Assembly: GCA_964016885.1 (NCBI GenBank)
Contig: OZ024761.1
Location: 28,644,001 to 28,708,000 of the forward strand
DNA: 64,000 nt
Direction: 5' to 3'
Origin: Eledone cirrhosa
Lineage: Eukaryota
Position numbers and translations under genes: made by a program. Shown here one piece after another: positions 1 to 11,964 of the stretch (its first letter is position 1; each line of letters begins with the position of its first letter). Under the pieces are notes generated by a model that made no database searches, had not been told where the DNA came from, and saw only the letters and a list, made by a program, of their open reading frames with translations.

Positions 1-156
1 AATGATAGGGACCCCAGTCCCTATCATCTCATTTCTACAGCTGAGTAAACTGGAGCAATGTGAAATAAAGTGTCTTGCTCAAGGAAGCAACACATCACTC
101 GGTCTGAGAATTGAACTCACAACCTTTCGATTGCAAGGCCAATGTTCTAAGCCATG
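1..156 (-). mobile_element. tRNA-derived CORE-type SINE (family A), cut by window edge
   Basis: Minus strand reads catggcttagaacattggccttgcaatc...gagttcaattctc (A/B-box head), then ccttgagcaagacactttatttcacattgctccagtttactcagctgtagaaatgag (MIR/CORE-like); near-identical to 2316-2476 and 20640-20790. Confidence 0.85.
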
Positions 157-194
<38 letters not shown>

Positions 195-274
195 AAAAGC
201 ATACTTAAAAAAACACAGATGATGAGGTTCAATGAAGATATATATTAGTTTCATGTTCAATATAGTAGTAAAAG

Positions 275-310
275 TCTTAACGTTTCAGACACTAGTCCTT
301 CATCAGAATA
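275..310 (-). ncRNA. Minimal hammerhead ribozyme motif in a probable Penelope-like terminal-repeat remnant
   Basis: Minus: att CTGATGA a ggac tagt gtct GAAA cg TT aaga; palindromic aacgtt stem III; stem I weak here; same family as 56452-56487. Confidence 0.55.
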
Positions 311-788
311 TAAAAAGGGAAATTACAGAAGAAATATAAATATAAATAAGAGGGACAGAAATGAAAAAGAAAATTCTTTGAGAAAAAAAGAAGATACAGC
401 AACATGTTGGCTTTGCTTTGTTACATACAAAATAGGTTCAACCTGTATATATAATTAAAGAGAGAGGTTAGACTGCATAGAACTATGTAAAATTGTGTTT
501 TTAGAAATACACTTATTTTATATAGTCTATTCTCGCAGCTTCCACAATCCTTTAATCTTTAGGCTTTATAAATCAAACTTCAGTCTTTCATCTTAAATTT
601 TTTTTATTCATCTCTGTTGTCTACTTTTTGGTTTTTAATTATCATTCTTGGTTTTAAAGAACACACACACACATATATATATATATATGTATATATATAA
701 AAATATGTATATATATGAATAAATATATATATATATACATACACAAAGACATAAAAGGTAAAATGAATAAATAACTATAAATAAATAT

Positions 789-831
789 AAGCAGGGAAAA
801 GCGGACGTAAAATGATGATGATGATGATGAT
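789..831 (+). mobile_element. Very short RTE 3' tail
   Basis: aagcagggaaaagcggacgtaaaa(tga)n, identical to the end of the LINE at 17389-17434. Confidence 0.8.
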
Positions 832-869
832 ATAAAGAAAGCAACAAACAAACAAATACATTCACAAGC

Positions 870-910
<41 letters not shown>

Positions 911-1077
911 CAAATATATGTATGAATATATTAATATATAGATTTTTTTTTAAAACAATAAATATGTATGTATGTACTGAAATGGTGTTTTAAATACTAG
1001 TCTACATAAAACATTCTGGCATTAAGTGAATGAGTACTCAATACGTGCCTGTGTAGTTGTATATATATATATGTATA

Positions 1078-1141
<64 letters not shown>

Positions 1142-1307
1142 TAAGTCGTCACTAAAGAGGTCACAGAATGTGTGACAATCAACAACTAAACAGCCATCCA
1201 GTTAAAAGAAACGCTGGGAAATTATAATAAATTGAAGTAAAATTCAACTAGTGAATCTGTTTTTATTGCCACCATGACCCTCCCCAAATTTAACTCTATG
1301 TGTGTGT

Positions 1308-1342
<35 letters not shown>

Positions 1343-1370
1343 CAATTGTGGGGAATCAAAACATATCAAA

Positions 1371-1787
1371 TCATCATCATCTCATCATTTTCGTTTAACG
1401 TCCATCTTCCATGCTAGCATGGGTTAGACGGGAGTTGTCCCAATTTGAGGCAAGGCTGGTCGGGTAACCGTGTCTCACTCATATAGGACTATCTGGCAGG
1501 TTTTCTACGGCTGGATGCCCTTCCTAACACCAACCCCATTTACAGTGTGGAACTGGGAACTTTTTACTGTGTTACCTACACGGCCACATTACAGAGTGGA
1601 CTGTGTGTTTGTTTGTTTTTTGTCGTGATATCTACACGATCTCGATCTCATTTATTTGGACTGGATGTTGTGGTACCAACTTTACAGAGAGAGGGTGGTG
1701 TTAGTGGGAGTGGGAGGATAGGGTAGGGGTAGTGGATTGGGGTGTATATTTGGTTAAGAGGTGCCTACTGACTGTAGGTTTGTGCTT
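1371..1787 (-). mobile_element. RTE-related non-coding element (family B)
   Basis: Reverse complement of 27305-27672; contains ggttggtgttaggaagggcatccagcc and ends ctaacccatgctagcatggaagatggacgttaaacga..(tga)n. Confidence 0.85.
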
Positions 1788-1963
1788 CTTAATAAAAAAG
1801 CTCAATAGACTTTGTCCAGATCTATAACAATTCAAATGTAAAAGGTATATATTATTATAAATGTAAGCTATCGCCGTATTTTGACTAAAGAAATTAAAGA
1901 AATTATTTAGCCTGATAGTGGGGTTAAGAACCCTCGGAGAAATGGAAAAAGATGAGTATTGAC

Positions 1964-1992
<29 letters not shown>

Positions 1993-1999
<7 letters not shown>

Positions 2000-2095
2000 A
2001 GGACCATATATCTGTACATACATCTATTACTTTTGAATTATAAATGTATATATATAGAAAGGACCATATATCCGTGCATACATCTATTACTTTTG

Positions 2096-2102
<7 letters not shown>
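1993..2102. repeat. Local 60-bp tandem duplication
   Basis: tagaaaggaccatatatc(t/c)gt(a/g)catacatctattacttttgaattata occurs twice, 60 bp apart. Confidence 0.85.
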
Positions 2103-2145
<43 letters not shown>

Positions 2146-2151
2146 TTTATT

Positions 2152-2476
2152 TTCATTTCATTTTACGTCCACTTTTCCCTGCTTGCAAGGGTGGGATGGG
2201 AAACTGATTCTGGCTTGATTTCTACAGCTGGATGCCCTTCCTAACACCAACCTCATTTACAGTGAGTGCTGGGTGCTTTCTTGCCGTGGCACCTCCACGA
2301 CCACTTTGCAGTGGAATGATATGGACCCCAGTCCCTATCATCTCATTTCTACAGCTGAGTAAACTGGAGCAATGTGAAATAAAGTGTCTTCCTCAAGGAA
2401 ACAACACATCACCCGGTCTGAGAATTGAACTCACAACCTTTCGATTGCAAGGCCAATGCTCTAACCACTAAGCCAT
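2152..2476 (-). mobile_element. Apparently full-length tRNA-CORE SINE (family A) with RTE-derived 3' tail
   Basis: Head tggcttagtggttagagcattgg...gagttcaattc; CORE-like block; hairpin; ggttggtgttaggaagggcatccagc; tail cccacccttgcaagcagggaaaagtggacgtaaaa matches LINE end 17378-17412. Confidence 0.9.
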
Positions 2477-2533
2477 ATATATATATATATTCATATATAT
2501 ATATATGTGTGCGTGTGTGAATGTATACTTATA

Positions 2534-2569
<36 letters not shown>

Positions 2570-2599
2570 GGTACACGTAAGTTTACTTTCCAAACATCT

Positions 2600-2655
2600 G
2601 TATATAATGATGATGACAATGTTTATTTTTATGCTGTCAATGACAACGATGATGT

Positions 2656-2697
<42 letters not shown>

Positions 2698-2745
2698 CGA
2701 TGATGATGCTGACAAAGATAATAATGGTGATGCTGATAATGGTTG
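2600..2745. repeat. (GAT)n microsatellite
   Basis: Direct inspection. Confidence 0.9.
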
Positions 2746-3199
2746 CATGTTTTATTCATATATCTGAGAGTTACATTGAGACAAAATGTTGATAATTTGT
2801 GTCAAATTTTAAAGAATTTCCGACATTTTTCTGCCAAGAAAATAATCATGAAAAAAAAAAAAAAATGATAAGATGTATTTGGTTTGTTTTGTATTTTATT
2901 TGTTACATATTTTTTATTGTTAGTTTTAAAATCATATTGTTGGTTTTGTGGTTGTTGTTTTGCTTTTTTTCTTATTTCTTTCTTTAAATCAATTTATTAC
3001 TATTTTCTTCTTCTCCTCCTCCACCACCACCTCTCTTGCTGTGGTGGATGGCATCATTTGTAGAGCCTCTGACTAAGTATCTTACACATCCACATGCACA
3101 CACATAAATACGCACACACACACAGTCACTCGCACACACACACAGTCACTCACACATCCATACACAAATGTACTTGCATATACTTATGTATGTATCTAC

Positions 3200-3230
<31 letters not shown>

Positions 3231-3246
3231 TACATATATATATATA

Positions 3247-3280
<34 letters not shown>

Positions 3281-3509
3281 CACAAACATTTATATAAAAA
3301 TAAAATTATACTCTAGTTCTTTGCTCAAACATAACAGATACATGAATGTATTTGTACGCTTTATATTGAATAATAACAATATTTGATTCATTTGCAAACA
3401 AACGGCCTCATTATGTTGTATCTTTTACATGGCCATCATCATCCTTTTATTCTAGCAGTGACAGAGAGAAACAAAGGATTGCAAACGAATTAAATATTAT
3501 TATTATTCG

Positions 3510-3632
3510 ATGAGTTCAAATCCCGCCAAGGTTAAACTTTACCTTTCATCCTTACGGGGTCGATAAAATAAAGTTCCAGTTTACATTGGGATAATTGGTG
3601 GCCTTGTGCCAAATGTAGAAACCATTATTATT
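3510..3632 (+). mobile_element. Partial Meta/MESC-like SINE
   Basis: gagttcaaatcccgccaaggttaaactttacctttcatccttacggggtcgataaaataaag, same as copies at 41430-42480, 51765 and 58930-59555. Confidence 0.8.
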
Positions 3633-3752
3633 CGATATAAAACTGATGAATGCATTTACATACATATATATATATAGTAATAATAATAAATGTGAAGACT
3701 AAAATCCAAAGAGGGCTCGATAAGGATAAATATATATCAAAATGATATAATG

Positions 3753-3803
3753 AGTTTCAGAAGATCCCGTTAAGGGTGAAAGCAGCGATTCTTTGCTTAA
3801 ACT
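3753..3803 (+). ncRNA. Hammerhead-like fold with variant core CAGAAGA
   Basis: agttt CAGAAGA t ccc gttaa ggg t GAAA gcag cgattct ttgc TT aaact: stems I (agttt/aaact), II (ccc/ggg) and III (gcag/ttgc) all pair. Confidence 0.55.
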
Positions 3804-3819
3804 TTAATCTGTTATTTTA

Positions 3820-3856
<37 letters not shown>

Positions 3857-4146
3857 CGGGGTAACAAATAATAGTTAGATGCAGTCCACTTAGGTATAGT
3901 CCAGTTATGGTATTCCAGGTAGTGGATGATATCAACGCTTGGCTTGGTTTGACTCAACTAGGCGTTTTCATAATGATGCTGCGGGTATGCTGTAATTCCT
4001 GACTGGTTATAATTTTGTATTGGCGATCGAGTAACGTGAAAACAAGCGAATAGCGATCTCTAGACCTACCAGTTCAGAGAAACAATTGTCAGCTATGAGA
4101 TTAAAAACCTTTTTTGTATAGCAAACCATGTCAACCTTCTTTCCTG

Positions 4147-4180
<34 letters not shown>

Positions 4181-4183
<3 letters not shown>

Positions 4184-4348
4184 GGTTGGTGTTAGGAAGG
4201 GCATTCAGCTGTACAAATCCTAGCCAAAATACAGTTCCATTTGAGCAAGATATGGCACGGCCAGCTGGCCAGATTTGTCTCATGATACGGGTAAATCATC
4301 TAACCCATGCAAGCATGGAAAAATAGACGTTAAAACGATGATGGTGAT
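4181..4348 (+). mobile_element. RTE-tailed SINE/non-autonomous element 3' part
   Basis: ggttggtgttaggaagggcattcagctgta...taacccatgcaagcatggaaaaatagacgttaaaacgatgatg. Confidence 0.75.
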
Positions 4349-4442
4349 GCTCCATGCGCATTACATGTCCATACCATCGCAGTCTCCTCTCCTGCACACA
4401 ACAATTTATCCCTCTTATACACAGTTTCTCTCTCAACACATC
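4349..4442 (-). mobile_element. RTE LINE coding fragment
   Basis: Reverse complement resembles 17110-17200 (RRLRWYGHVMRME region). Confidence 0.75.
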
Positions 4443-4846
4443 CATATATATATAGTCTCGGATCCCATATAATAGTGGTTGGGTTAGAATAAGCTGGGGG
4501 AAGGGGTGGACATTTCATTTGCTTAAATTCTTATAAGCAGGCAGGGGAGGGGGTTAAATGGGGAGGTTGGGAAATCAGTAATTGTGTTGGGTTGGGAAAT
4601 CAGTAATTTGTAAATATGGGATTTCTTGTAATGTTCTTTTTATTGTCACATGTAATGCTGTTTAATATAAAATAAAATTATTATTAGATTCTTCAGCTGC
4701 TGTATCAATATGAATTACTTACAATAAAATTTTGCTGGAGATAGATTAGCAAAATTTAATAAGCAGGTGCTTTGGAAAAATCTGAAAAGTTAATAAGCAA
4801 GGGGTATATATATATATGTGTGTGTGGGTGTGTAAATATTTATTTA

Positions 4847-4899
<53 letters not shown>

Positions 4900-4956
4900 A
4901 TATATATGTATATGTATATCTATATATATATATATGTGTATATATATATATATGTG

Positions 4957-4987
<31 letters not shown>

Positions 4988-5007
4988 ATGTGTATATATA
5001 TATATAT

Positions 5008-5107
5008 TTGCCTCAAGTGGGACAATTTCCGTCTAAACCTATGCTAGCATGGAAGACAGACGTTAAACGATGATGATGATGATGAGGATGATGCTGATGA
5101 TGATGAT
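5008..5107 (+). mobile_element. Short family-B RTE tail
   Basis: ttgcctcaagtgggacaatttccgtctaaacctatgctagcatggaagacagacgttaaacga(tga)n, cf. 27596-27672. Confidence 0.8.
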
Positions 5108-5249
5108 ATATATATATATACCCATATCTCAAGAGGACGTCTTCATGCATTACCATTATGTCTTACGACTTTTTGAAGGCATTATTTGGTTGTAATTTTT
5201 TTCGAAATAATTAAATATTAACATCTGTATCCACAGATTGATATTTCTC

Positions 5250-5302
5250 AGTTTCAGAAGATCCCACTTTTGAGTGAAAGCAGAAATCGTTCAGTTGAAT
5301 TT
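5250..5302 (+). ncRNA. Degenerate second copy of the CAGAAGA hammerhead-like motif
   Basis: agtttcagaagatccc...gtgaaagcag...ttaatctg shared with 3753-3810; stems II/III decayed. Confidence 0.4.
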
Positions 5303-5329
5303 TTAATCTGAGTTAATAATAAATGAAGA

Positions 5330-5500
5330 AAGCCGCATTAGAAGTAGACCAAGAAAGACCAGATCAGAGAGGGCGAGAGCTGATCTCAAAATCGCTGAGA
5401 CTCACAGAAAAGATCACAAAGGAAGAAAGCAAGTGGAGTACTGTACTGAAAAGGACCTGTCGAGCTCATGCAAGCATAGAAAAACATGTAAAAACATTGA
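5330..5500 (+). mobile_element. Old degenerate RTE LINE 3' end
   Basis: Translates ..SLRLTEKITKEESKWSTVLKRT.., similar to LRSLKLTVEMTRDRDEWRDAVLNKTR; followed by catgcaagcatagaaaa tail. Confidence 0.55.
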
Positions 5501-5689
5501 TACCAAAGCCAACACATGTTCAAATGTGACACTTTATTCTCACTCTGTTCTGAGTTCAAATTTTACTATGGTATACTTGGATGGTTAACCTAACTGTTAC
5601 CATCTTGTGCCACATAAAACCACATTAACAAGACATACTTGAAAATAACAAAACAGCATTTAAATCACCGACAGTCGATTGACTTTTTG

Positions 5690-5891
5690 TCAAATCAGAC
5701 TGGGGAAACAATGTTTCCATTGGTCTTTCCAATTGCTAATACTCTCTATCGGTCACAACTCCAGGTAGAAGACGCAACATGAAATAAAGTGTCTTGCACA
5801 AGGACATAACGCATCACCCAGTCCAGGAATTGAACTCACAACCTCACGATTGTAAATCTAATTCTCTAACCACTCAGCCACATGCCTTCAC
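5690..5891 (-). mobile_element. tRNA-CORE SINE (family D) with one ~95-bp body unit
   Basis: Head tgtggctgagtggttagag...gagttcaattcc; partial CORE; body ggagttgtgaccgatagagagtattagc...ccaatggaaacattgtttcc matches units at 25045-25480. Confidence 0.75.
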
Positions 5892-6040
5892 ACTTAAACG
5901 ATATCACATCAAAAATTAAAGCCATTTCTCTAATACTAAAAATGTTCACCAGTTAAGGTACTATAAACATCTGAATTCACAAACTCTTTTTAAAATGTCT
6001 TTTGGTAAAGGATGCTAAGGGTAAATGTTAATATGTTGTG

Positions 6041-6335
6041 CTGTTTAACACCACCACCTGGTCCTCAGGTACCTTTAGCAGAGTCCACTCTGTTTAACAC
6101 CACCACCTGGTCCTCAGGTACCTTTAGCAGAGTCCACTCTGTTTTACACCAGCTCCTGGCCCTCAGGTACCTTTAGCAGAGTCCACTCAGTTTAACACCA
6201 GCTCCTAGTCCTCAGTTACCTTTAGTAGAGTCCACTCAGTTTAACACCAGCTCCTGGTCCTCAGTTACCTTTAGCAGAGTCCACTCTGTTTAACACCAGC
6301 TCCTGGTCCTCATGCACTGTTGGCAGAGTCCACCA
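6041..6335. repeat. 49-bp minisatellite, ~6 copies
   Basis: Unit ctgtttaacaccaccacctggtcctcaggtacctttagcagagtccact; starts at 6041, 6090, ... Confidence 0.95.
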
Positions 6336-6654
6336 CTTGGCCCTTGGATGGTAGACTTAATCTGTCATCCTATTTAACACCATCACTAGCCCTTCTGTTC
6401 TTCCACCCCGTCCTGACTCCTCTCAGCCTCAGAGTATCTTGGAAATTTATCGTGGGCACTGCCCTTCTCTCAATGACTGAAGAGTAACATTTAAAAAATC
6501 CTCTCCCCTCACCCTCCCTTCGAGATGAATTCAGAAAAGGTACCAAATGTATTGATAGCTTGACATTCTATTGACTCAACCAGTTGCAATAATTCCTTCC
6601 CATTAATGCTGCTGCTAGCACAGATTATAAATTATAAAACAGAATAATAATAAT

Positions 6655-6655
6655 C

Positions 6656-6689
<34 letters not shown>

Positions 6690-6921
6690 GAGAGAGAGAT
6701 AGATCGATTTAGATATATATACATGCATATACACATATATGTAAACATGAATAAATATATATATATATATATATACATATATAAATATACATATATACAT
6801 ATATAAATATATATACACACACACACAAATATATATATATATATATAAATATATACACACACATATATATATATATATATATACACATACATATATATAT
6901 AGAGAAATATATTAAATGTGA

Positions 6922-6953
<32 letters not shown>

Positions 6954-7060
6954 TATATACATATATATATATATATACACACACATATACATACACATAT
7001 ATATATACATATATATATAAAATATGAAAAATACATATATATATATATATATATAAAGAA
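6655..7060. repeat. (TA)n/(CA)n microsatellite complex
   Basis: Direct inspection. Confidence 0.9.
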
Positions 7061-7239
7061 TAAATAATAGAATAAATGTATAAAGTAAATTTAATATATA
7101 AAACAAATAATTTGGTCTTTTAAATCGGATTTAAACAAAAGAAATTCCAAAGTAAATTTTCAGCTTTAGTTTACATTTGTGTGTGGCAGAGAATTGGTTT
7201 ATTGTACAACTCAAACAATGAAACATGTTTTAAGCTGAA

Positions 7240-8655
7240 TGGTTGGTAGGAGAGAGAGAGGTGGTAGGTGGTGTGGTGTGGGAGAGAGGCTGGTGGTGGT
7301 GGTGCTGGTGGTGTAGGGCAGAGTTGTGGTGTGAAGGAGAGAGGGTGGTATGGTGGTGGTGGTGGTGGTGGTGTGGGGTGGTGGTGGTGGTGGTGGTGGT
7401 GGTGGTGTGGGGCAGAGTTGTGGTGTGGGGCAGAGTTGTGGTGTGGGGCAGAGTTGTGGTGTGAAGGAGAGAGGGTGGTGGTGGTGGTGGTTGTGGTGTG
7501 GGGCAGAGTTGTGGTGTGAAGGAGAGAGGGTGGTGGTGTGGGAGAGAGGGTGGTGGTGGTTTAGGGGAGAGTTGTGGTGTGAAGTATGAAGTAGAGAGAG
7601 GTGGTGTGGGAGTTGTGGTGTGGGAGAGAGGGTGGTGGTGGTTTGGGGGAGAGTTGTGGTGTGAAGTAGAGAGAGGTGGTGTGGGAGAGGGTGGTGGTGT
7701 GGAGGAGAGAGATAGAGAGAGAGGGAGTGAGGGAGGTGGTGTGTGAGGAAAGATGGGAGAGGGGAAGATGGGGGAAGGGATAGAGGGAGAGAAAAAGAGA
7801 GAGAGAGAGGGGAGAGTGAGCAAAGAGAAGATGGATCAATGGATGGATTGATGGAGAGATGGAGGTGTGGGCTACAGAGAAGATGAGTGTTGGTGATGCT
7901 GGCGGTGGGGTTGATGTGGTGGTGGTGGTGGGGTTGATGTGGTGGTGGTGGTGTGTGTGTGGGGAGTGGGGGTCGTTGGAGGCATGTTATTGGTGGTGTC
8001 ACTGTTGTTGGTGTTGTCGGTGATGGTGGTGGAGGCCATAGTTGTGGTGGTGATGGTGATGGTAGTGATGGTAGTGGTGATGATGGTGATGATGGTGATG
8101 GTGATGATGGTGGTGGTGATGATGGTGGTGGTGATGATGGTGGTGGTGATGATTGTGATGTTGGTGGTGATGATGTTGGTGGTGGTAGTGATGGTAGTGG
8201 TGATGATGGTGATGATGGTGATGGTGATGATGGTGATGATGTTGGTGGTGATGATGGTGGTGATGGTGGTGGTGATGCTGATGGTAGTGATGTTGGTGGT
8301 GGTGATCGTGGTGATGGTGATGGCTTGATGTTGATGGTGGTGATGATGGTGGTGGTGATGGTGGTGGTGATGCTGATGGTGGTGATGGTGATGGTAGTGA
8401 TGTTGATGGTGGTGATGGTGGTGATGGTGGTGATGGTGATGGTGGTGATGGTGATGGTGGTGATGGTGATGGTAGTGATGTTGATGGTGGTGATGTTGGT
8501 GGTGGTGATGGTGGTGATGATGGTGATGGTAGTGATGTTGATGGTGGTGATGGTGGTGATGGTGATGGTAGTGGTGGTGATGGTGATGGTAGTGGTGGTG
8601 ATGGTGGTGATGATGGTGATGGTAGTGATGATGATGGTGGTGATGGTGATGTTAT
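7240..8655. repeat. G-rich low-complexity tract: (GGT)n, ggggcagagttgtggtgt units, then (GGT/GAT)n
   Basis: Direct inspection; explains the poly-V/G/P/H ORFs. Confidence 0.9.
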
Positions 8656-8949
8656 TGGTCGGGACCTCCTGATAAAGGACTTATCCTTTGTGACCACCAC
8701 CACAGTATTATCAGGAATAATCTATCTAGGACTACATATATCTAAAGTTTCTCATTGTATTTGGTCTGTTAGATAAATAGAATTTACTGGAGAGGTTTGA
8801 CTGCTATTTCTAGCAACCATGTAGGAAGTGGCTTGTAAGGAACAAACAAATCTCTTAGGTTTTATTATTTCTGGCTTTTAATTTAATCCAATTATGAAAA
8901 ATATGAGGGGGGGGGTGAGGGGGGTGCAAAAGGAGGAGATGACAAGTGG

Positions 8950-9680
8950 ATGGTATGGTGTGGTGTGGTGTGGTGGTGTGGTGTGGTGGTGTGGTGTGGT
9001 GGTGTGGTGTGGTGTGGTGGTGTGGTGGTGTGGTGTGGTGTGGTGGTGTGGTGTGGTGGTGTGGTGTGGTGTGGTGCATTATAGAAATGGGAGAAGAGAA
9101 GAGGAAGGGTGGAGAGAGAGAGAGGGTGAAGAAAGAGAGTGGCGAGAGAGAGGGGTAGAAAGAGATAGTGGTGCAGAGAGAGAGAGAGAAAGAGAGAGGG
9201 GTGCAGAGAGAGAGTGAGTGGTGCAGAGAGAGAGAGTGGTGGAGGGAGAAAGGGAGAGTGGAGTGAGAGAGAGAGAGAGTGTGGAGTGAGAGAGAGAATG
9301 GAGTGAGAGAGAGAGTGGAGTGGTCGAGAGAGAGAGTGGAGTGAGAGAGAGAGTGGTGGAGAGAGAGTGGTGGAGAGAGAGAGAGAGTGGTGGAGAGAGA
9401 GAGAGAGAGAGAGAGTGGTGGAGAGAGAGTGGTGGAGAGAGAGAGAGAGTGGTGGAGAGAGAGAGAGAGAGAGAGAGTGGTGGAGAGAGAGAGAGAGTGG
9501 TCGAGAGAGAGAGAGAGGGAGAGTGGTGGAGAGAGAGAGGGAGAGAGTGGTGGAGAGAGAGAGAGGGAGAGTGGTGGAGAGAGAAAGAGAAGGAGAGAGT
9601 GGTGGAGAGAGAGAGGGAGAGAGTGGTGGAGAGAGAGAGTGATGGAGAGAGGTTTGGGAGAGAGGGGAAAGGAGGGGACT
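8950..9680. repeat. (TGTGG)n followed by (GA)n/gtggtg compound repeat
   Basis: Direct inspection. Confidence 0.9.
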
Positions 9681-9864
9681 AAGAGTTTGTTACTGTTTCA
9701 ACATAAGTGACAGAGATTTGGATTTCACATCCTACCCACCCCACACACCAGCACCTGCCACCAATGTTCTGTAAACCTACACATCTATCCCACCCCACCT
9801 CTATCACACACACACACACACACACATGCCCACACACAAGTCCATAAGTCCACACACACACATT

Positions 9865-9895
<31 letters not shown>

Positions 9896-9934
9896 ATGAG
9901 TATGTATATATATATATATATATATGTGTATATA

Positions 9935-10178
9935 TCATCATCATCATCATCATCAACGTTTAACGTCCGTGTTCCACGCTTGCATGGGTTTGGACGGGGG
10001 TAGTCCCACTTGAGGCAAGAGTGATTGTCTTGCTCGCATAGGACTGTCTGGCAGGTTTTCTACAGTTGGATGCCCTTCCTAACACCAACCACATTTACAG
10101 TGTGGGTCTGGGAGGTTTTTACCGTGTTGCCTACACGGCCACATTACAGCGTGGACTGTGTGTTTTTTTGTCGTGATA
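9935..10178 (-). mobile_element. Family-B RTE-related element, 5'-truncated
   Basis: (CAT)n then cgtttaacgtccgtgttccacgcttgcatggg...ggatgcccttcctaacaccaacc and two internal ~49-bp units. Confidence 0.8.
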
Positions 10179-10384
10179 TATATTGAGACTTTCGATATAT
10201 ATATATATACACATATATATATATATATATATGTATGTGTATATATATATATATTGAGACTTTCGATATATATATATACACATACATATATACACATACA
10301 TACATATATATATATATATACATACATATGCATGTATGTGTGTTTATATATGTAGTGTTATATATATATATATATATATGCATG

Positions 10385-10415
<31 letters not shown>

Positions 10416-10518
10416 GCATGTATGTATATATATATATGTAAATGTATATATATATATATATATACACATACATGAATATATATATATATATATTGTATGG
10501 GTATGTATATATGTATAC

Positions 10519-10556
<38 letters not shown>

Positions 10557-10861
10557 GTATACATATATACATACCCACACAACCAACCATCCCACAACCA
10601 CCAGCTCCACTAAGCCCCCCCCCCCCCCCACCCACCCAATCATCATCACCCCCACACCACCCACACCCCCACCACCACCACCACTCCGCCCACATCATCG
10701 GCCCCACCACCACCACCACCACCACCCATATTTCACACCATATTCCAGTAAATGGAATGGATTTGGTAAATTCTTCATTTCTGTTCTGATTTATCACTTT
10801 TCAATGAACGATCTTGGCTGATGTTTGTAGATTGAACACCTAACCTAGAATCTAATTAGTA

Positions 10862-11960
10862 ATGGGTGGTGGTGGTAGTGGTGGTGGTGGTGGTGGTGGT
10901 AGTGGTGGTGATAGTGGTGGTGGTGGTGGTGATAGTGGTGGTGGTGGTGGTGGTGATAGTGGTGGTGGTGGTAGTGGTGGTGGTGGTGGTGGTAGTGGTG
11001 GTGGTGGTGGTAGCAGTATTGGTGGTGGTGGTGGTAGGTGGTGGTGGTAGTGGTGGTGGTGGTGGTGGTGGTGGTGGTGGCAGTACTGGTGGTGGTGGTG
11101 GTGGTGGTGGTGGTAGGTGGTGGTGGTGGTGGTGGTGGTGGTATTGGTGGTGGTGGTAGTGGTGGTGGTGGTGGTAGTGGTGGTGGTGGTGGTGGTAGCA
11201 GTATCGGTGGTGGTGGTGGTGGTAGGTGGTGGTGGTGGTAGGTGGTGATAGTATTGGTGGTGGTGGTGGTGGTGGTAGCAGTATTGGTGGTGGTGGTGGT
11301 GGTGGTAGGTGGTGGTGGTGGTGGTGGTGGTGGTGGTATTGGTGGTGGTGGTAGTGGTGGTGGTGGTGGTGGTAGTGGTGGTGGTGGTAGCAGTATTGGT
11401 GGTGGTGGTGGTGGTGGTAGGTGGTGGTGGTGGTAGGTGGTGGTGGTGGTGGTAGGTGGTGATAGTATTGGTGGTGGTGGTGGTGGTGGTGGTAGTGGTG
11501 GTGGTGGTGGTGGTGGTGGTAGCAGTATTGGTGGTGGTGGTGGTGGTAGGTGGTGGTGGTGGTAGGTGGTGATAGTATTGGTGGTGGTGGTGGTGGTGGT
11601 AGTGGTGGTGGTAGTGGTGGTGGTGGTGGTGGTGGTGGTGGTGGTGGCGGTGGTGGTGGCGGTGGTGGTGGTGGTGGTAGTGGTGGTGGTGGTAGTGGTG
11701 GTAGTGGTGGTGGTGGTGGTGGTGGTAGTGGTGGTGGTAGGTGGTGGTGGTGGTAGGTGGTGATGGTATTGGTGGTACTGGTGGTGGTGGTGGTGATGAT
11801 GGGGGGGAGTGGTTTTGGTGGTACTGGTGTATTGGTGGTGGTATTGGTGGTGGTATATTGGTGTTGGTGGTGTTGGTGGTGTTGGTTGTAGTGGTGATTG
11901 TTGGTTGTAGTGGTGATTGTTGGTATATCGATGGTGATGGTATTGGTGGTGCTGATGGCA
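10862..11960. repeat. (GGT)n tract with agcagtatt/aggt interruptions
   Basis: Direct inspection. Confidence 0.9.
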
Positions 11961-11964
11961 GTTG

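Noticed and set aside
2-27. tetO-like operator (tccctatca)
   Set aside because: Arm order and spacing differ from tetO; it is part of a eukaryotic SINE
1908-1945. ctgatag...gaaa hammerhead candidate
   Set aside because: Core is not CUGANGA and stems I/III do not pair
2405-2476. tRNA gene (also at 18955-19015, 24935-24995 and other SINE heads)
   Set aside because: A/B boxes continue directly into SINE bodies and I could not build a complete cloverleaf
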